This document shows positions 39,540 through 48,769 of a stretch of 64,000 nt of DNA, piece by piece. Location of the stretch: positions 288,001 to 352,000 of the forward strand of contig CAXXXD010000002.1 of assembly GCA_963663385.2 (NCBI GenBank). The letters run 5' to 3'. A program made the position numbers and the translations under genes. Position 1 is the first letter of the stretch; each line of letters starts with the position of its first letter. Origin of the DNA: Oceanispirochaeta sp. Its GTDB lineage: Bacteria > Spirochaetota > Spirochaetia > DSM-2461. The notes beneath the pieces are model-generated. The model worked only from the letters and a program-made list of their open reading frames with translations, was not told the DNA's origin and did not search any database.

Positions 39540-40805
39540 ATGGATGGAGAGATTCTTGGTGATAGTTTCTTTAAAAATGTCATCAGGCAGGTTGTTCATG
39601 TTTCGCGCAGCGCGTTCGGCTTGACCGAGAATGCGTCAAAACTGGCCCATAATATTAGAGAGCAGACCGGACAGGCCGGAAGAGTCCTGGATGATAACAG
39701 GGATACCCAGACAGAAATCCGCGAGATACTCGCTAAAACGGCCGGTCTGGCCGAGACCGCTTCTCAGGCCGACCAGGTTTCCCGGTTGGGGCGGGAAAAA
39801 CAGAAGGCCTATCTTCAGGAGATTGACAAGCTTTCCGATTCCATACAGCAGGGAAGTCTGTTCCTTGAAAAATTCCGTGAGAGTTCGGAGGATATAGCCC
39901 GGTTGACCCAGTTGATTATGGAGCTCTCCGGCCGGCTGGATGTACTGGCTATCAATGGAGCTATCGAAGCGGCCCGGGGAGGGGAGGCGGGACGCGGATT
40001 CAGCGTGATCGCCCGGGAAATGAAGAGACTGGCACAGGAGACAAGCGTCTCGGCAGAGGAAGTGGACAAGATTGTAAAAAAGTTTCAGAGTTCCTCCCGG
40101 GAAGTGCAGTCCCTCTTTAAAAAATCCTCAGGTTCAATAGAAAAGAGCCGTTCAGAAGCCGGCGGAATCTACGATATGTTTTTAAAAATCGAAGGCCAGA
40201 ACGATAGGGTTTCGGCGGAATCCCTGGATATCCGTACCCTGCTCGAATCCCTCTCTCTCAGGAATGAAAACAGCAATCTGTCCACCGAAAAAATCCTGGG
40301 CGCCGCGGACAATTCGGGCCGTCAGGTGGATAAGATCGGCAGGCAGTCCACAGAGCTGCATGCGGTTGTCGGGAATCTTCTGGAGGATATGGGGGAAATC
40401 CGTCTGGACTGGCATGAAAAGACGCTGGGAGCCGTCAGGGAAATCGCCGACCGTCTCCGGACCGGTCAGGGTGATTTTACCCCGGCACTGTCATACTGTT
40501 TCGAGGAGTACCCTTATATGGAGCTGCTCTATATTATGGATGAAAGAGGGACTCAGGTCGAACCCAATCTGATTCATCCTGAATTTATAGAGCAGATTGC
40601 TGCCGGAGGGAAAGGGGCGGACAGGCGTTTCAAGGACTACTTTAAAGAACTGGCCGACGGAAAGGATTTCTATATTTCCGGGATCTATGTTTCTACGGCT
40701 GTCAACCACCTCTGCATAACCATTTCTGTTCCTTTCTACCGGGACGGCCGGAAGTATATCCTGGCTGCCGATATGAATCTGGAAAGTTTCGTTATGCAGG
40801 AATAG
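39540..40805 (+). CDS. Soluble methyl-accepting chemotaxis protein with C-terminal PDC/Cache-like domain
   Basis: LAINGAIEAARGGEAGRGFSVIAREMKRLA; no TM segment; C-terminal ELLYIMD..G.Q..YIS..YVS..LCITIS..LAAD. Confidence 0.88.
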   Translation: MDGEILGDSFFKNVIRQVVHVSRSAFGLTENASKLAHNIREQTGQAGRVLDDNRDTQTEIREILAKTAGLAETASQADQVSRLGREKQKAYLQEIDKLSDSIQQGSLFLEKFRESSEDIARLTQLIMELSGRLDVLAINGAIEAARGGEAGRGFSVIAREMKRLAQETSVSAEEVDKIVKKFQSSSREVQSLFKKSSGSIEKSRSEAGGIYDMFLKIEGQNDRVSAESLDIRTLLESLSLRNENSNLSTEKILGAADNSGRQVDKIGRQSTELHAVVGNLLEDMGEIRLDWHEKTLGAVREIADRLRTGQGDFTPALSYCFEEYPYMELLYIMDERGTQVEPNLIHPEFIEQIAAGGKGADRRFKDYFKELADGKDFYISGIYVSTAVNHLCITISVPFYRDGRKYILAADMNLESFVMQE

Positions 40806-40827
40806 GTGGAAGCAGCTGTATCGGACT

Positions 40828-42048
40828 CTAGATTGATTTCAGGGTTTTGAAATCCCATTCCGCTTTAACGGAAACGGATTTTCCTGTGTAGCCTGTCAGG
40901 ATCAGTTCCCCTTCCCCGCAGTCCACAGACCTGATGCCAAGATCCAGTGCGTCTCCTTCGTATCCCTGAAAGAGGGTTCCGTAGTAGTTGGTCCGGGTTT
41001 GACCGGCCGGGAGGATCAGGTGGGTGGGATTCCCCATGAGAGTCGGGTTTTTTACGGCTTCAGCCAGACCGTTGGCAAAATATCCTGTGGCATTCTCCGC
41101 GCCCAGGCAGAAGGTCTGGTCCGACTGCCCGTCCTGAACCGCCCAGGGCTGGTAGTCCCGCCCGCCGTAATTCAGCCACAGATCGTAGAAGTAGAGGGGA
41201 ATCTCCTCTTCGGAGACCGCAGAGGGTCCGGTAAAGAACGAGAGGTAGATCAGTTTCTGACAGGGATTCACGATGCTGCTCCATCCCAGTTCGCAGCGGG
41301 AGGGTACGGCCCCGCAGATAAAATCCGTATAACCCGACGGACCTTCCACCAGACGCATATCTTTACTGCCTCCCCGGCGCAGGGGCATCTGTTCCAGGCT
41401 TTCCGAGCGGCCTTCGAATGCCAGCTCCCCTGTAGGATCGAACTCTCCCCCTTCGGGCGGGACCGCATACTGTTCCGCATTGTTGTCGATCAGACAGCCG
41501 CTTTCCAGAAAGGGGGCTCCGCATGTATTGTGCCAGCCGCAGTTGTAGGGCTCTTCCCTGCTGCCCGTATTACGGATTTCCAGCTTTGCGTAGTGGACAT
41601 TTTCTCCTTTCAGCAGCAAATCGGTTTTTTTATAGGCGAAGGGGTGTTCTCCCCGGGGGAGGGTGCTGGAGAGTGCAATCCCTCTGTTCTCCTCCAGGCA
41701 GACAGGGGTGTCCTGAGTCCATTTCTGACGGGCGGTGAATCCATGGGGCGGCAGTTCATAGCTGTCCATCCTGTGATCGGGGCCGAAGTTGGGGACACAG
41801 GGGAAGCTGCCCGCAATATCGTATAACAGGGGAACTTTCCAGAAAGGCTCATGACGGGATGCGTCCCAGGATTCGCCGCTGTTGGCTCTGAACCAGGGCT
41901 GCCAGTGAGCGTTAACCCAGGCGTCTCCCTTTCTCGTACTGAGTTCCGGTATCATCCCTTTATCCGCATCGATCAGAACTCTTATATTTTCCTGTTCCAG
42001 CAGTACAGCCTCCCTGTTGCCGGCTTCCCGTATGTTTGATCCTTTCAT
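40828..42048 (-). CDS. Hypothetical protein, probable galactose-mutarotase-like fold
   Basis: FPC.PNFG, LPPHG, GWHNT, CLGAEN resemble aldose-epimerase-fold motifs; AAGGAG RBS. Confidence 0.5.
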   Translation of the reverse strand: MKGSNIREAGNREAVLLEQENIRVLIDADKGMIPELSTRKGDAWVNAHWQPWFRANSGESWDASRHEPFWKVPLLYDIAGSFPCVPNFGPDHRMDSYELPPHGFTARQKWTQDTPVCLEENRGIALSSTLPRGEHPFAYKKTDLLLKGENVHYAKLEIRNTGSREEPYNCGWHNTCGAPFLESGCLIDNNAEQYAVPPEGGEFDPTGELAFEGRSESLEQMPLRRGGSKDMRLVEGPSGYTDFICGAVPSRCELGWSSIVNPCQKLIYLSFFTGPSAVSEEEIPLYFYDLWLNYGGRDYQPWAVQDGQSDQTFCLGAENATGYFANGLAEAVKNPTLMGNPTHLILPAGQTRTNYYGTLFQGYEGDALDLGIRSVDCGEGELILTGYTGKSVSVKAEWDFKTLKSI

Positions 42049-42074
42049 TCGTTTGCTCCTTGTTCTGTTACATA

Positions 42075-43085
42075 TTAAAGAGGGAGATCCAGGCATATTT
42101 CTGTTCTACAGTCCCTATTGCCTGTTTCACCCTGTTTTTCCAGTAAATTCAGCATTAATAAAGCGGCTTCTCTTCCCATTTCATAATGGGGCTGGGGGAT
42201 AGAGGCCATCCCGCTGGTATACCCTCTGGGATCGCTCCCGAAACGGATGATGCGGTACTCCCTGTTCAGGGTATACCCGTGCATCTGAAGTATTTCGTTT
42301 ACCCTGAGAGCCAGTCCGGCGGTTGTTACAAAAATCCCAAGGGGGTTCTGTTGTCCGGGAGACAGACGGGAGAGATGCAGTTTCAGGGCGTCAACCAGAT
42401 CGCTGCTCCCGGGATTCTGGTTCTTCAGCAGGATTCTTTCCGCTCCCGGCAGAATCTCACTGAATCCGGAAAGCCTTGAGCTGATGGATGAAGCGCTCAA
42501 GTCAAGGGATACCGCAAGAAAATCGGAACAGCCCACATTCTGCAGAAACCGGGCGGCGTACACTCCTCCAGCGCGGTCGTTCTGAACCACATAGGGGCCA
42601 TCCCAGTCCGGGGGCTTTCTATCTATCATTACCAGATTGGAATAGCTTCTGTTGAAACTGTTCAGGTGGGAACGGTCTTCCTCCTCGCCATTATAATGAC
42701 AGGTCGGAACAAGGAGTATGCCGTCTGATCCGCGGTAAAGCAGTTCCTCCAGATTCTTCTGCTCCTGGGACAGCTTGAAACGGCTTGTCATCAGGATCAT
42801 GGAGTAGTCTCTGGGGGCCAGTATATCTTCTATTCCCCGGACCATCTTCACCATAAACTCCTCAAAAATATCCGGAAATATTATTCCAACGGTTTTTGTC
42901 ACATTCCTGTTGAGAGCCTGGGCAAAATAGTTTGGTTTGTAATTTTCTTCTTCTACCAGGTTGAGGATCTTTTCCTGTGTTTTCCGGCTGATGCGGTATT
43001 TGTCGCCGTTTCCTTTAAGCACAAGGGATACGGTTGTCCGGGAAATCCCCAGAGAGTCGGCCAGTTCCTGCATGGTTTTTTTCAT
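42075..43085 (-). CDS. LacI-family transcriptional regulator
   Basis: TMQELA..LGISRTTVS.VL HTH; Y.PN..AQ.L hinge; sugar-binding domain. Confidence 0.93.
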   Translation of the reverse strand: MKKTMQELADSLGISRTTVSLVLKGNGDKYRISRKTQEKILNLVEEENYKPNYFAQALNRNVTKTVGIIFPDIFEEFMVKMVRGIEDILAPRDYSMILMTSRFKLSQEQKNLEELLYRGSDGILLVPTCHYNGEEEDRSHLNSFNRSYSNLVMIDRKPPDWDGPYVVQNDRAGGVYAARFLQNVGCSDFLAVSLDLSASSISSRLSGFSEILPGAERILLKNQNPGSSDLVDALKLHLSRLSPGQQNPLGIFVTTAGLALRVNEILQMHGYTLNREYRIIRFGSDPRGYTSGMASIPQPHYEMGREAALLMLNLLEKQGETGNRDCRTEICLDLPL

Positions 43086-43226
43086 GTCCCTATAATTTAC
43101 ATCTAGCCCGTTTCAATTGCAACAGGGAAAAGCTAACATGCGCAAGCATGATGAATTAATTTGATTTTTATGAAATTGCGCATTACAATCATTTTTAATG
43201 AAACCAATCAATGATGTTTTTACTAA

Positions 43227-43248
43227 AAAGCTAACATAGGTTAGCTTT
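43227..43248. promoter_or_regulatory. Candidate LacI operator (second, degenerate copy at 43128-43147)
   Basis: Perfect AAAGCTAAC-N4-GTTAGCTTT; AAAAGCTAACAT repeated at 43128 and 43226. Confidence 0.7.
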
Positions 43249-43271
43249 GAGGGGATTAGTGAGGTGGAAGT

Positions 43272-43958
43272 ATGAAACGGAGTGAAATCAATCAGATTAT
43301 GGCGTATTCCAGGGACTTAATGGATCAGTACAGCTGGTCGCTTCCGGAATGGGCCCGGTGGAAAAAAGAGGACTGGCTGAAAAGAAGAGGGGAGTGCAGG
43401 CGGATTTTCCGTCATAACCTGGGCTGGGATATTACGGATTTCGGGTCCGGGGATTTCCTGAAGCGGGGGCTTTTCCTCTTTACCCTGAGAAACGGTCTGC
43501 CCGGGGGAGAGGGGAAGAGTTACGCCGAGAAGATTATGGTTGTCCGGGAAGAGCAGGAGACGCCTCTCCATTTCCACTGGAACAAGATGGAGGACATTAT
43601 CAACCGCGGGGGAGGAACCCTTCTTTTTAACCTGTATAAAGCAGACCCGGAGGAGGAGTTGTCCGGAGAGGATCTTGAAATCCTGATAGATGACTGTTCC
43701 TGCAGGGTAAAGGCGGGGGAGCAGATTGCTCTGAAACCGGGACAGAGCTTAACTCTGGAACCTTTTGTCTACCACCGTTTTTACGGCGCAGCCGGAGACG
43801 GCCCTGTTCTGGTGGGAGAAGTAAGCAAGGTGAACGATGATTCGGCAGATAATCGTTTTTATGAATCTGTCGGACGCTTTCCCGAAATAGAGGAGGATGA
43901 AGACCCTCTGCACTACCTCTGCTGTGACTATAAACGCCTGCAGGAGGAACTTTCATGA
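43272..43958 (+). CDS. D-lyxose/D-mannose-family cupin sugar isomerase
   Basis: MKRSEIN, LGWDITDFG, LFTLRNG, YAEK, PLHFHW.K.EDIINRGGG, H.FY, GEVS.VNDD..DN.F. Confidence 0.92.
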   Translation: MKRSEINQIMAYSRDLMDQYSWSLPEWARWKKEDWLKRRGECRRIFRHNLGWDITDFGSGDFLKRGLFLFTLRNGLPGGEGKSYAEKIMVVREEQETPLHFHWNKMEDIINRGGGTLLFNLYKADPEEELSGEDLEILIDDCSCRVKAGEQIALKPGQSLTLEPFVYHRFYGAAGDGPVLVGEVSKVNDDSADNRFYESVGRFPEIEEDEDPLHYLCCDYKRLQEELS

Positions 43959-45169
43959 AAAAGAGAATCGCCGGAACAGGCTGCTGCCTGCTGGACTACC
44001 TTTATACGGATATCGATTTTTCTGCTCAGCCCTTTCAGTCGTTTCTTTCAAAAAAGGGCGGGGACGGAGGCCTTGTACCGGGGCAGCTGGTGTTCGCATC
44101 GGGGCTGGCCGGTTTTTCCGGAATGTCCGAAGAGGAGTGTCTGAAGCAGCTTACAGGCGGTTTCCCTCCTGATGCTGTCAACCTGGGCGGACCGGGTGTT
44201 GTGGCTATGGTCCATGCTTCCCAGGTACTTGCTCCGGAGGGGTGGGATATTACCTTTTCCGGGGTATTCGGCGATGATGCCGCTTCGGAGGAGATGAGGC
44301 GTTTTGTTGCTTCCTATCCGGTCAGTTTACAGGAAAAAACTCTCCCCGGGACCTGTGTCCCCTCTACCACCGTTCTGTCTGATCCCCGCTACAATAGCGG
44401 GGCAGGGGAACGGACATTTATCAATCGCCTGGGTGTGGCCGACTCTTTTGAACCATTTCTTCTGGAGGACGACTTCTTTGACGCCCCCCTGTTCCTGTGG
44501 GGCGGTACGGGACTGGTTCCCCCTCTTCACAGGAATCTGACCTCCCTTGTTAAACGGAGTAAGGCAGCAGGCGGGGTGAATGTGGTGGGGACCGTATACG
44601 ATTTTCTGAATGAGTCCCTGGATCCCGAAGGCCCCTGGCCTCTGGGTGATCCGGCAGAACCGGCCTACCCCTGGATTGACCTTTTAATCTGTGATCAGGA
44701 GGAGGCCGTCCGGCTTTCAGGCAGAAAAAGTCTGGAGGATGCCGTAACGTTCCTGAAAGAATCAGGCTGCAGGGCCTTTATCATTACCCGGGGGGCAGAT
44801 CCGCTCTACCTTTATACGAAGGACGGGATCTTCAGGGAACAGGCAGGGCTTTCCCTGCCCGTAAGCCCGTATGTTAATAAAGATTTGCATGCTAACCCGG
44901 GTAAGCGTGGTGACACCACAGGATGCGGGGATAATTTTGTGGGCGGGGTTATGGTTTCCCTGGCCCGGCAGCTGGATCAGGCTGAAGCAGGTGAAGGAGG
45001 CTTACTGAATCTTCTAGAAGCAGCGGTAGAAGGAGTCTGCAGCGGCGGACTGGCCCTCTATCGAAAAGGGGGCTGCCGGGTAGAAAACAGTGCGGGTGAA
45101 ACAAAACTGCTGCTGGAACCGATCCGCAGGGATTACTACGAAAATACCCTTCCGGGGGTGCTGAAATGA
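43955..45169 (+). CDS. PfkB-family carbohydrate kinase
   Basis: NLGGP, G..GDD, ERTF, ITRGA, DTTGCGDNF. Confidence 0.88.
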   Translation: MKKRIAGTGCCLLDYLYTDIDFSAQPFQSFLSKKGGDGGLVPGQLVFASGLAGFSGMSEEECLKQLTGGFPPDAVNLGGPGVVAMVHASQVLAPEGWDITFSGVFGDDAASEEMRRFVASYPVSLQEKTLPGTCVPSTTVLSDPRYNSGAGERTFINRLGVADSFEPFLLEDDFFDAPLFLWGGTGLVPPLHRNLTSLVKRSKAAGGVNVVGTVYDFLNESLDPEGPWPLGDPAEPAYPWIDLLICDQEEAVRLSGRKSLEDAVTFLKESGCRAFIITRGADPLYLYTKDGIFREQAGLSLPVSPYVNKDLHANPGKRGDTTGCGDNFVGGVMVSLARQLDQAEAGEGGLLNLLEAAVEGVCSGGLALYRKGGCRVENSAGETKLLLEPIRRDYYENTLPGVLK

Positions 45170-46344
45170 AAAAAGCGCTGATTTTCGGCGGAGGGAATAT
45201 AGGCCGTTCCTTTCTGACCCCCGTTCTGCAGGAGGCATCCTATCATGTTACCATTGCCGATATTAATGAGTCTTTGGTAAGCGCACTCCGGAAGGAGGGC
45301 AGGTATCCTCTGGTTATACGGTCCCGGGAGGGGGAGGTCAGGAAGATCATCAGCGGGTTTGACTGCCTGACTCTTAAGGATGAAGCCCTTCTGATGAAAA
45401 AAATGCTGGAAGCGGACCTTGTGGTAAGCTCTGTCGGAATGGCCGGAATCCGGGGCGTCTGTTCCCTTCTGGCCCGGATCCTGCCGGAGAGAAACCGGGC
45501 CGGTGTCAAACCCCTCGACCTGATCCTGGCTGAAAACATCCGCAACGGAGCGGAGTTCTGCCGGGCCGAACTGAAAGGGCTGCTTCCCCCCGGATATCCC
45601 ATGAATAATCAACTGGGGCTGGTAGAAACAAGTATAGGGAAAATGGTTCCCCTTCTGACTGAACAGGACCGTGAGGAAGACCCTCTCCGGCTTTTTGCGG
45701 AACCCTATAATAACCTGATCCTTCATGGAGAGGCCTTTCTCTGTGAGCCGCCCCGTAGCAGCAGTATAAGCCTGGTGTCTCCCATTGCACCCTGGGTCGA
45801 CCGCAAACTGTTTATCCATAATCTGGGGCATGCGGCCTGCGCCTATCTCGGGAGGGTAAAATACCCCGGTCTGACTCTGATCTGGGAGGTTCTGGAAGAT
45901 GAGGCCCTGAGGAATCAGGTCCGTGGCGCCATGCGGGAGGGGGCTGCCGCTCTTCTGGCGGAGTATCCCGGTATCTTTACCGAGGAGAGCCTTAATGAGC
46001 ATATCGGTGATCTGATCTCCCGGTTCAGGAACCGGGCTCTGGGGGATTCGGTTCGGAGGGTCGGCCGGGATCTCAGGCGGAAACTGGGACGGGATGACCG
46101 GGTTGTGGGGGCCATGCGTCTGGCTGTTTCTCACGGGCTCGGGATTGGCCACCTGCTTGATGTTTACCGGGCAGCCCTGCAATTCGGACTGGACCAGCAG
46201 GCTGATCCGCTGGACAGGGAGTTATCCCTACAGACCGGGCGTTTCAGTGCGGCAGAATTATTCTGCCGGTTCAGCCTGGCAGATGATACGTTTCCGGACA
46301 GGCTGAACAGTATCATACTGGCGGGGCTGCAGGAGGAGGACTGA
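45166..46344 (+). CDS. Mannitol-1-phosphate 5-dehydrogenase-like polyol dehydrogenase
   Basis: FGGGNIGR.F, AEN, IGKMVP, RKLFIHN.GHA, RF.N..L.D.V.RVGRD..RKL...DR. Confidence 0.85.
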   Translation: MKKALIFGGGNIGRSFLTPVLQEASYHVTIADINESLVSALRKEGRYPLVIRSREGEVRKIISGFDCLTLKDEALLMKKMLEADLVVSSVGMAGIRGVCSLLARILPERNRAGVKPLDLILAENIRNGAEFCRAELKGLLPPGYPMNNQLGLVETSIGKMVPLLTEQDREEDPLRLFAEPYNNLILHGEAFLCEPPRSSSISLVSPIAPWVDRKLFIHNLGHAACAYLGRVKYPGLTLIWEVLEDEALRNQVRGAMREGAAALLAEYPGIFTEESLNEHIGDLISRFRNRALGDSVRRVGRDLRRKLGRDDRVVGAMRLAVSHGLGIGHLLDVYRAALQFGLDQQADPLDRELSLQTGRFSAAELFCRFSLADDTFPDRLNSIILAGLQEED

Positions 46345-46348
46345 GAAA

Positions 46349-47320
46349 TCAGGTTCCCTTGTAGGACGCCTTATAGATACGGTCCATTACCGCGGCTCCC
46401 AGACCTTCCGGCGGAACTTCCTCGGTATAGATCCGGTCTGTTCCGGGATCTGCATCCAGACGGTGAAGGGCTGTAAACAGATTTGCCGCCGCTTCTACGG
46501 GATTCCCCTCGGGAGACAGTATTTCTACTGCGGTAAAACCTTCCGTATCGGTTTTTTTCCGGAACAGCAGGGCTGCTGCGCCCCTCCTGTCCGGCACTTC
46601 ACTGATGGAATCCACAATATAAAGGGGTTTCCGGGGAGAGTAATGCATCTCCAGCTGCCCCGGAGCGGTAGGGGATACGGTTGTCCGGTTAAAGACTTCC
46701 ACTTCCCCAATGGCATCCTGCAGTTTTTCCAGGGAAAGTCCTCCCGGTCTCAGAACCAGGGGGATCTCTTTTGTCATATCCAGAACGGTCGATTCCACAC
46801 CTACCCGGCAGGCTCCTCCGTCTATAATCATATCGATTTTGTCTCCCAGGGTTTCTTCCACATGCTCCGCTGTGGTAGGGCTGAGGTAACCGAAGGGATT
46901 GGCGCTTGGCGCGGCGACGGCTCCGGTCGATTCTCTGATGAGCGAGAGGGCTGTCGCATGATCGGGCATCCTGACAGCCATAGTGGGTAGTCCGGACGTA
47001 ATCAGATCGGGGATAATTTCTCTTTTGGGAACAATTATGGTTAGAGATCCCGGCCAGAGCCGTTCTATTACCTCGTATACCCTCGGATTTCTGATATCCG
47101 CCAGGCGGTCAAGGGTTTCCAAATCCGCAATATGGGTAATCAGAGGATCAAAACTCGGTCTCTGTTTGGCATCGAATATTTTGGCTACAGAAGACGGATC
47201 AAGGGCATTTCCCCCCAGTCCGTAAACTGTTTCGGTCGGGAAGGCGACCAGGCCGCCCTCTTTGATAATCCGGGCGCCTCTGCTTATGTTTTCTACTGTG
47301 CTTTTAACAATCATCTGCAC
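46349..47320 (-). CDS. tsaC: L-threonylcarbamoyladenylate synthase (Sua5 type)
   Basis: FPTETVYGLG, K.RP..DPLI.H, AAPSAN, GVEST, LRPG, APG...HYSP. Confidence 0.95.
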   Translation of the reverse strand: MQMIVKSTVENISRGARIIKEGGLVAFPTETVYGLGGNALDPSSVAKIFDAKQRPSFDPLITHIADLETLDRLADIRNPRVYEVIERLWPGSLTIIVPKREIIPDLITSGLPTMAVRMPDHATALSLIRESTGAVAAPSANPFGYLSPTTAEHVEETLGDKIDMIIDGGACRVGVESTVLDMTKEIPLVLRPGGLSLEKLQDAIGEVEVFNRTTVSPTAPGQLEMHYSPRKPLYIVDSISEVPDRRGAAALLFRKKTDTEGFTAVEILSPEGNPVEAAANLFTALHRLDADPGTDRIYTEEVPPEGLGAAVMDRIYKASYKGT

Positions 47321-47373
47321 ATCTTATAGCAGATTTTCCGGAATTGGCCAATGTTTGTAATACCGTATGCAGC

Positions 47374-47715
47374 CTATTTTTTCATTGACGATGAGCAGAC
47401 TGTCCTGTTGATTCCGGATATCAGATCTCTGTCTTTTTCGATACGGCTCCGGTCTGTCAGGGATTCCTCCATTTTATTGATCATCCGGCGGGCCTTCTCA
47501 TCAGACAAATCGTATTCGATCCATCGCCCGTCTTTTTTCCGGTTGATCAGTCCTGCATTTTTGAGAATCTTCAGGTGGTTTGAAAGGGTTCCCCCGGCAA
47601 TTTCAAGGACTTCCAGCAGTTCACAGACGCAGAGGGGGCGGTTTTTCAGCATCATGACGATGCGGAAGCGGTTTGTGTCGCTCAGGGCTTTTAATTGGCT
47701 GATAAGATTCTGCAT
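47374..47715 (-). CDS. arsR: ArsR/SmtB metalloregulator
   Basis: KALSD.NRFRI, LCVCEL, SNHLK.LK.AGL, GRW..Y. Confidence 0.9.
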   Translation of the reverse strand: MQNLISQLKALSDTNRFRIVMMLKNRPLCVCELLEVLEIAGGTLSNHLKILKNAGLINRKKDGRWIEYDLSDEKARRMINKMEESLTDRSRIEKDRDLISGINRTVCSSSMKK

Positions 47716-47763
47716 CTTATAAAAATAACAGAAAAGGGTTGATAGATCAATTATTTTTATTTA

Positions 47764-47785
47764 TATTTAGCTAAATGACTAAATA
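47764..47785. promoter_or_regulatory. Candidate ArsR operator
   Basis: TATTTAG-N8-CTAAATA inverted repeat in the short arsR/permease divergent gap. Confidence 0.55.
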
Positions 47786-47800
47786 ATTAAAGGATTGGAT

Positions 47801-48769
47801 ATGCTTGAAATATTCACACTACTGGCTGATCGGATCGTATATTCACTGGCGGGACTGGAACAGGGCACCAGGCCGGCTGAGTCCCTCCACTTTTTTATAG
47901 AAGATGTCACAAAAATCTATTTTCTTCTTCTGATTATGATCTACCTGATTGCCCTGCTGAGGGCCGGTGTCGATACGGAGCGTATCAGACACTACCTGAT
48001 GGGGAAACATCGGGGCATCGGGTACCTTCTGGCTTCGGTATTCGGTGCTGTGACCCCTTTCTGTTCCTGTTCCAGCATTCCCCTGTTTCTGGGATTCACC
48101 TCTGCCCGTATCCCTCTGGGGATAACCATGGCTTTTCTTATTACCTCTCCCATGATTAATGAAGTGGCTATCGTGCTCCTTGGGTCCATTCTGGGGATCC
48201 GTTTTATGGTTCTGTATATTATTACCGGAATGACCGCCGGAATCCTGGGCGGTTTTTTTATTGATGCCATCAGGGCGGAACGCTATCTTTCCGAAATCGG
48301 ACAGCAGGCTGCCCGTATGGCTGTTTCCGATGATTATGAAAAGAGGCGTTTAACCCTGAGGGATCGCCATGAATTTGCCCGGGACGAACTGAAGGAGATC
48401 TTTTCCCGCGTCTGGAAGTGGGTCCTTATCGGAGTCGGTCTGGGGGCGGCCCTGCATGGCTTTGTCCCCGAAGGGTTCATAACCGACAGTCTGGGAGACG
48501 GTCAGTGGTGGAGCGTCCCGGCTGCGGTTGTTCTGGGAATCCCCCTCTATGCCAATGCCAGCGGAATTATCCCTGTTGCCGAATCCCTGCTGGCCAAAGG
48601 GCTCCCGGTGGGAACCACAATGGCTTTTATGATGAGCGTTGTCGCCGCCAGTTTTCCCGAGTTTATGATGCTGAAGCAGGTTATGAAACCCAGGCTTCTG
48701 GTTATATTCTTCTTGCTGCTTCTCTTCTTTTTTACAACCGCCGGGTGGATTTTCAACCTGATTTACTGA
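47801..48769 (+). CDS. DUF318/ArsP-family permease
   Basis: TPFCSCSSIP, FLITSP..NE, GIPLY, MAFMM...A.S.PE; divergent from arsR. Confidence 0.88.
   Translation: MLEIFTLLADRIVYSLAGLEQGTRPAESLHFFIEDVTKIYFLLLIMIYLIALLRAGVDTERIRHYLMGKHRGIGYLLASVFGAVTPFCSCSSIPLFLGFTSARIPLGITMAFLITSPMINEVAIVLLGSILGIRFMVLYIITGMTAGILGGFFIDAIRAERYLSEIGQQAARMAVSDDYEKRRLTLRDRHEFARDELKEIFSRVWKWVLIGVGLGAALHGFVPEGFITDSLGDGQWWSVPAAVVLGIPLYANASGIIPVAESLLAKGLPVGTTMAFMMSVVAASFPEFMMLKQVMKPRLLVIFFLLLLFFFTTAGWIFNLIY

Noticed and set aside
47374..48769. ArsR + ArsP-like permease as a novel resistance island
   Set aside because: A well-known pairing with no mobility signatures seen around it.
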